64,000 nt of DNA. It comes from an uncultured SAR86 cluster bacterium. Its GTDB lineage: Bacteria > Pseudomonadota > Gammaproteobacteria > Magnimaribacterales > D2472. The position numbers were made by a program, and so were the translations under genes. The notes below the pieces were generated by a model. It ran no database searches. It was not told the DNA's origin and saw only the letters and a program-made list of their open reading frames with translations. Positions 59,832 to 64,000 of the stretch are shown piece after piece. Every line of letters begins with the position of its first letter. Positions within the stretch are counted from its first letter, which is position 1. The stretch spans positions 636 to 64,635 of the forward strand of contig CABXJR010000002.1 of the NCBI GenBank assembly GCA_902512655.1, read 5' to 3'.

Positions 59832-60829
59832 TAAATTTTAATCATTGCGCTATAAAAATTTTCTACCCACGCATTAAGATCTTCAGAGGACATCCATTCA
59901 TTATTTGATTCACTAGAATATATAAAATCTTCTGAAACCTTTGCACCATCCTTTATTCTACTTGGATCATCTCCCCATCCATGGATTGGTGGGAGTATTT
60001 TAAAATAACCATCATACTCATATGTATAAGGGGCATCCTCAAAACCAATCATTTGCTCATGCAACTTTTCTCCAGGACGAATGCCTATAATTTCAATTTT
60101 TGCTTCTGGGGCAATCGTTCTAGCTATATCCTCCACCTTCATCGATGGAATCTTTTTAACATAAATTTCACCGCCCACCATATCTTCAAAAGCTGTCCAT
60201 ACTAATTCCACTCCTTGATCAAGTGTAATCATAAACCTTGTCATTCTTGTATCAGTGATGGTTAATGTTCCTACTTCTTTTTGTTGCAAAAAAAATGGTA
60301 TTACCGATCCTCGAGAGCCTAATACATTTCCATAACGAACAACTGCAAACTTTGTACCAGCTTCACCCGAATATGAATTTGCTGCAACAAAAACTTTATC
60401 AGAGGCTAGCTTCGTTGCTCCATAAAGATTTATTGGGCTGGATGCCTTGTCCGTACTTAATGCCACACATCTCTTAACCTTTTTATCTATGCATGCCTCT
60501 ATAAGATTCATAGCACCAATTACATTAGTTTTAATGCATTCATGAGGGTTGTATTCTGCGGTTGGAACTATCTTTGTTGCTGCAGCATGGACAACATAAT
60601 CAACGCCATCTAAAGCTCTGTAGAGTCTATCTTTATCTCTTACATCTCCTATAAAAAATCTTACTCTGGAGTCATTAACATAAGTTTTAGCCATCTGCCA
60701 TTGCTTCATTTCGTCTCGTGAGAAAATGATTACCTTTTTAGGATTAAACTGCTTCAAAATCATGGGTATAAATACATGACCAAACGAACCAGTGCCACCT
60801 GTTACTAAAATTGTTGAATTATTGAACAA
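59831..60829 (-). CDS. pseB: UDP-GlcNAc 4,6-dehydratase (inverting)
   Basis: TGGTGSFG, SRDEMKQ, HAAATKIVPTAEYNP, LSTDKA, YGATKL, RYGNVLGSRGSV, GIRPGEKLHE. Confidence 0.95.
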   Translation of the reverse strand: MFNNSTILVTGGTGSFGHVFIPMILKQFNPKKVIIFSRDEMKQWQMAKTYVNDSRVRFFIGDVRDKDRLYRALDGVDYVVHAAATKIVPTAEYNPHECIKTNVIGAMNLIEACIDKKVKRCVALSTDKASSPINLYGATKLASDKVFVAANSYSGEAGTKFAVVRYGNVLGSRGSVIPFFLQQKEVGTLTITDTRMTRFMITLDQGVELVWTAFEDMVGGEIYVKKIPSMKVEDIARTIAPEAKIEIIGIRPGEKLHEQMIGFEDAPYTYEYDGYFKILPPIHGWGDDPSRIKDGAKVSEDFIYSSESNNEWMSSEDLNAWVENFYSAMIKI

Positions 60830-60914
60830 TCTATTGCCTCATTTAAAAATTGTAGTGTATTTTACCATCTAACTCTCTAGAAACGAATATAGATCATTTG
60901 AAAGAGAATATAAT

Positions 60915-61466
60915 TTAACTTTTATTATCTGAAACTAAAAATGATTGAATTGAATAAGTCAGACCCGTCTTCAAAGTTACTATCATTGCGGTTAGTAAAA
61001 AGAAGTCTGATAAAAATAATAAAAAAGAATTATTAATTAGTAATGCCAAAATATACCCACCGAGCGCAAATAATTGGATGGATGTCTTGATTTTAGCAAG
61101 GAAAGTTACATCAGTTGCTTTTGTGTTGTTGTTTCTCGCATTGAGATCTCTTAACGCAGCAACCCAAAATTCACGTGTAAGCATTATTGCTCCAACAAAA
61201 CCTATATATATACTCTCTAAAGTAATGGTAAGCGCTATCAGAATAAACAGAATTAATATCTTATCTGCAATCGGATCCATCACAGCGCCGATTGCTGAGG
61301 TTAGATTAAATTTTCTTGCAAGAAAGCCATCCCAATAATCAGAAATACTAGCAAGAAAAAAAAGAAATAACGCCCAACCATAAAAGTCATACAAGGTAAT
61401 TAGTAAAAAAATAATTGGGGAAATTAAAATTCTGAAATATGTTAGTGATTGAATGAAGTAATTCAT
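60915..61466 (-). CDS. pgsA: CDP-diacylglycerol--glycerol-3-phosphate 3-phosphatidyltransferase
   Basis: LTYFR, SDYWDGFLAR, GAVMDPIADK, RE, AKIKT. Downstream of uvrC, the conserved position. Confidence 0.93.
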   Translation of the reverse strand: MNYFIQSLTYFRILISPIIFLLITLYDFYGWALFLFFLASISDYWDGFLARKFNLTSAIGAVMDPIADKILILFILIALTITLESIYIGFVGAIMLTREFWVAALRDLNARNNNTKATDVTFLAKIKTSIQLFALGGYILALLINNSFLLFLSDFFLLTAMIVTLKTGLTYSIQSFLVSDNKS

Positions 61467-63247
61467 GATCTATAAAATGTATTTATTTCTTCTGCTAGTT
61501 TAATACTTATTCCCGAAACCTTACATAGATTATCTATTGAAGCTGCTTTAATTAATTGAATAGATTTAAAATGATTCATTAAATCTTTTTTCTTCTTTGG
61601 TCCAAGACCTTTTATATTATCAAGAGATGATTTCTTTATAGACTTATTTTTTTTCTTCCTATTGCTTGTAATAGCAAATCTATGAGATTCATCTCGGACT
61701 TGTTGAAGAAGTACAAACCCTGGGCTATCTTTCAAAATTTCTAATATGCCGTCTTTGGATATAATAGTTTCTGTTGACCTAACTCTTTTAGAGCCCTTTA
61801 CAATACTAAGTATAATTGGTGTCTTTTTAAGCATCATACAAAAAGTATTTAGCGCTGCTTCAAGCTGCAGCTTCCCTCCATCAATAAGAACAATATCTGG
61901 TAATGGAGTGACGTTAGCTTTATTAATTCTTCTTTCAAGAACATGCTTGATTGAACCTATATCATTTCCAGATAATTCCTTTGGTATGTTGTAGAGCCTA
62001 TATTTTGTTTTTTCCGGTCCATTAGACGAAAACCTTACAGACGAAGCAACTGCATTCTGGCCGCTATGATGACTTACATCGAAACCTTCTATTGTTAAGT
62101 TTTGTCTGGCAATACCCAAACTAGAAATCAGATCTTTTATAGCAAATGAGTATTTAGTAGAGTGATTTACTTTATTGTCAATAGCTTGATTTGCATTTAA
62201 TTTCCCTAATTTTGCAATTTTTCTTGTATTTAAATTAACACTTGTAGAAATAAAAATTTGTTTTCCAAATTTCAGCCTTACAGCTTCTTTGATTAATACC
62301 AGATTATTAGGCTTAATATTTAAAATAATTTTTTTAGGCAAAGAGAAGCTATTCTGGTAGAAAGAAAATATTAAACTTTGAAAGAGGCTATCAATATCTT
62401 GCAATTGATTTCCTTTTAGGCAATGAGTTTTAGTTCCTCTGATCTTTCCATCCCTGACTGACAGTATGCAGATTCCTGTTCTATCAAGCTTAGTGACGCA
62501 GGTAAAAAAATCAATGCTGATTAAAGAGTTATTAATTGATTGCTCTTGATATAAAAGATCTAAACTTCTAATTCTTTTTTTTATATCATTAGCTTTTTCA
62601 AATTCTTGTTGTTCTGCAAGCTTATGCATCTGAGAAGTCATCAAGGACTTAGTTTTTTTTCCTGATGAAGATAGGTAATGTTGTGAAGATACAATATCAG
62701 ATTGATAGCTAATCTCAGAAATTAAATTTACGCACGGAGCAGAACATCGTTGCATTTGATGCTCAATACATGGTCTAGATCTTTTACTGAAGGTTGTATC
62801 ACTGCAATTTCGAATTTGATAAATCTTCTGTAAATCTTTAATGGTTAATTTTACAGCTTGAACACTTATAAAAGGACCAAAAAAATTCTTTGAAATAGCG
62901 TGTTTTGATCTCTTCATACTAATACTTGGATATTTATGCTCCATTGAAAAATGCACATATGGATATGATTTATCGTCCCTTAAAAGTATATTAAATCTAG
63001 GCAAATTCTCTTTGATCAAAGATTGCTCTAAGAGGAGAGCTTCCGCCTCAGTGGTTGTGGAGAAAGTTTCAATCTGATCTGTAAGGATTTTAATTTGTTG
63101 TGTTTTTCTATCCTTAAAAGATTTGCCAAAATATGAGGATACTCTTTTCTTTAAATTCTTTGCCTTACCAATATATATGATCTTATTTTTAGAAAAAAAC
63201 TTATATATTCCAGGCGTATTGGGAACTTGCTTTAGATCTAAGGACAT
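61463..63247 (-). CDS. uvrC: Excinuclease ABC subunit C
   Basis: GIY-YIG (PGIY, YIGKAKNLKKRV), LRDDKSYP, CSAPC, EGFDVSH, LIDGG, RDESHRFA, HhH. Confidence 0.97.
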   Translation of the reverse strand: MSLDLKQVPNTPGIYKFFSKNKIIYIGKAKNLKKRVSSYFGKSFKDRKTQQIKILTDQIETFSTTTEAEALLLEQSLIKENLPRFNILLRDDKSYPYVHFSMEHKYPSISMKRSKHAISKNFFGPFISVQAVKLTIKDLQKIYQIRNCSDTTFSKRSRPCIEHQMQRCSAPCVNLISEISYQSDIVSSQHYLSSSGKKTKSLMTSQMHKLAEQQEFEKANDIKKRIRSLDLLYQEQSINNSLISIDFFTCVTKLDRTGICILSVRDGKIRGTKTHCLKGNQLQDIDSLFQSLIFSFYQNSFSLPKKIILNIKPNNLVLIKEAVRLKFGKQIFISTSVNLNTRKIAKLGKLNANQAIDNKVNHSTKYSFAIKDLISSLGIARQNLTIEGFDVSHHSGQNAVASSVRFSSNGPEKTKYRLYNIPKELSGNDIGSIKHVLERRINKANVTPLPDIVLIDGGKLQLEAALNTFCMMLKKTPIILSIVKGSKRVRSTETIISKDGILEILKDSPGFVLLQQVRDESHRFAITSNRKKKNKSIKKSSLDNIKGLGPKKKKDLMNHFKSIQLIKAASIDNLCKVSGISIKLAEEINTFYRS

Positions 63248-64000
63248 TAACTAAGGAATTTCTTTGCAATAACTTTGCCGGCAGCAACTCCATATTGATC
63301 AAAAGGATTAATTTCTAACATGCATGCAGTTATATAAACCCGATGTTCCCAAGTTGCTAGTAAGAAACCAAGCCCATCAAGCGACAACTTATTTAAATGA
63401 AAAAGATTCACTGGAGCATTACTATTTGTTTTTTCGAGTGCATTAGATGATCCTCTAAAATCAGAAGACAGTAAGGAAGCCTGCCCCTTTGCTTGAGCGG
63501 ATGATAGTGGGCTGCTTCTTGAGGCTGAATAAATAATGTCTGTACAAAATCCAGCTGTACCCTGATGCAATAATTGAAAGTACGAATGTTGCGCAGTAGA
63601 TCCGAAGCCTCCAAATACTGACTGTCCCGTTTCTTTAAACAGAGATCTAGAATTGGGTTGTTTTCCAAGGGACTCCATCTCAAGTTGCTGAATATAATTA
63701 GCCAATGATCGTAATTTCCAATTATACGAAAGAATAACTCGATTTTTTTTATTTTTAAAATTATTAAACCAAAGATCAGAAAATACCAATATCTTAATAA
63801 ATTTTTGATATTGCTTATCTTCCTTCGTAGTGCCTAGGATCATTTTATCTGCAGCTAATCCACCTTTTAAAAATCTTGAAAAATTGTTTTCTATGCCAGC
63901 GCTAAGAGATATTGGTGACCAGATGGAATACCTCCCTCCAACTGACTCAGGAAATGGAATAATGCAATTTTCATGGAAACCCAAAGAAATAGCTTTTTTT
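63247..64000 (-). CDS. pgi: Glucose-6-phosphate isomerase, C-terminal part (5' end outside window)
   Basis: VGGRYSIWS, QQLEMES.GK, QHSYFQLLHQG, INPFDQYGV..GK. Frame is open to the window edge. Confidence 0.9.
   Translation of the reverse strand, partial: KKAISLGFHENCIIPFPESVGGRYSIWSPISLSAGIENNFSRFLKGGLAADKMILGTTKEDKQYQKFIKILVFSDLWFNNFKNKKNRVILSYNWKLRSLANYIQQLEMESLGKQPNSRSLFKETGQSVFGGFGSTAQHSYFQLLHQGTAGFCTDIIYSASRSSPLSSAQAKGQASLLSSDFRGSSNALEKTNSNAPVNLFHLNKLSLDGLGFLLATWEHRVYITACMLEINPFDQYGVAAGKVIAKKFLS

Larger units (their letters stand above)
27810..60829. other. Surface polysaccharide/glycan biosynthesis and export island
   Basis: Contiguous glycan export, transferase and nucleotide-sugar genes between tRNA-Pro and pgsA. 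Looks more AT-rich than the left arm by eye. No integrase or IS. Confidence 0.9.

Noticed and set aside
755-63683. Many short ORFs (60-135 aa) in the ORF track that overlap or lie antisense to long genes
   Set aside because: They are shadow frames of well-supported genes, with no recognisable motifs or translation signals.

Overview
AT-rich, tightly packed bacterial DNA. Gene content and packing suggest a streamlined marine Gammaproteobacterium, possibly SAR86-like (inference only). Left part (1-27.5 kb), core and nutrient-scavenging genes: a putative purine-salvage cluster (truncated PRTase, TonB-dependent receptor, NCS2 permease, guaB), phhB, fumC, class II aldolase, aldehyde dehydrogenase, photolyase, inositol monophosphatase, a sorbosone/PQQ-type dehydrogenase, a WecA with a ~120-aa insertion, TerB, a DUF3604 lipoprotein with two carboxylesterases, an HsaA-like monooxygenase, SDR, aceEF, an LLM oxidoreductase and tRNA-Pro(GGG). 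Four genes between 6.8 and 12.4 kb are split by homopolymer indels, probably assembly errors. Right part (27.8-60.8 kb) is a ~33-kb surface-glycan island. It holds group-4-capsule-type export genes (extended YjbE-like Thr-rich protein, yjbF, yjbH, SLBB protein), EpsG/Wzy, Wzz and a PglK-like ABC flippase with no Wzx, and GalNAcA/amidation genes. It also holds a gmd-colC-colD-GT11 colitose module, a HIGH-nucleotidyltransferase-cupin fusion where manC would be expected, and a pseB-pseC-methylase-AKR-SpsF/aminotransferase-III module lacking pseG/H/I, plus a GT52-like transferase. The window ends with pgsA, uvrC and a truncated pgi. I saw no CRISPR array, transposase or integrase. All calls come from motif recognition by eye; no searches were run.
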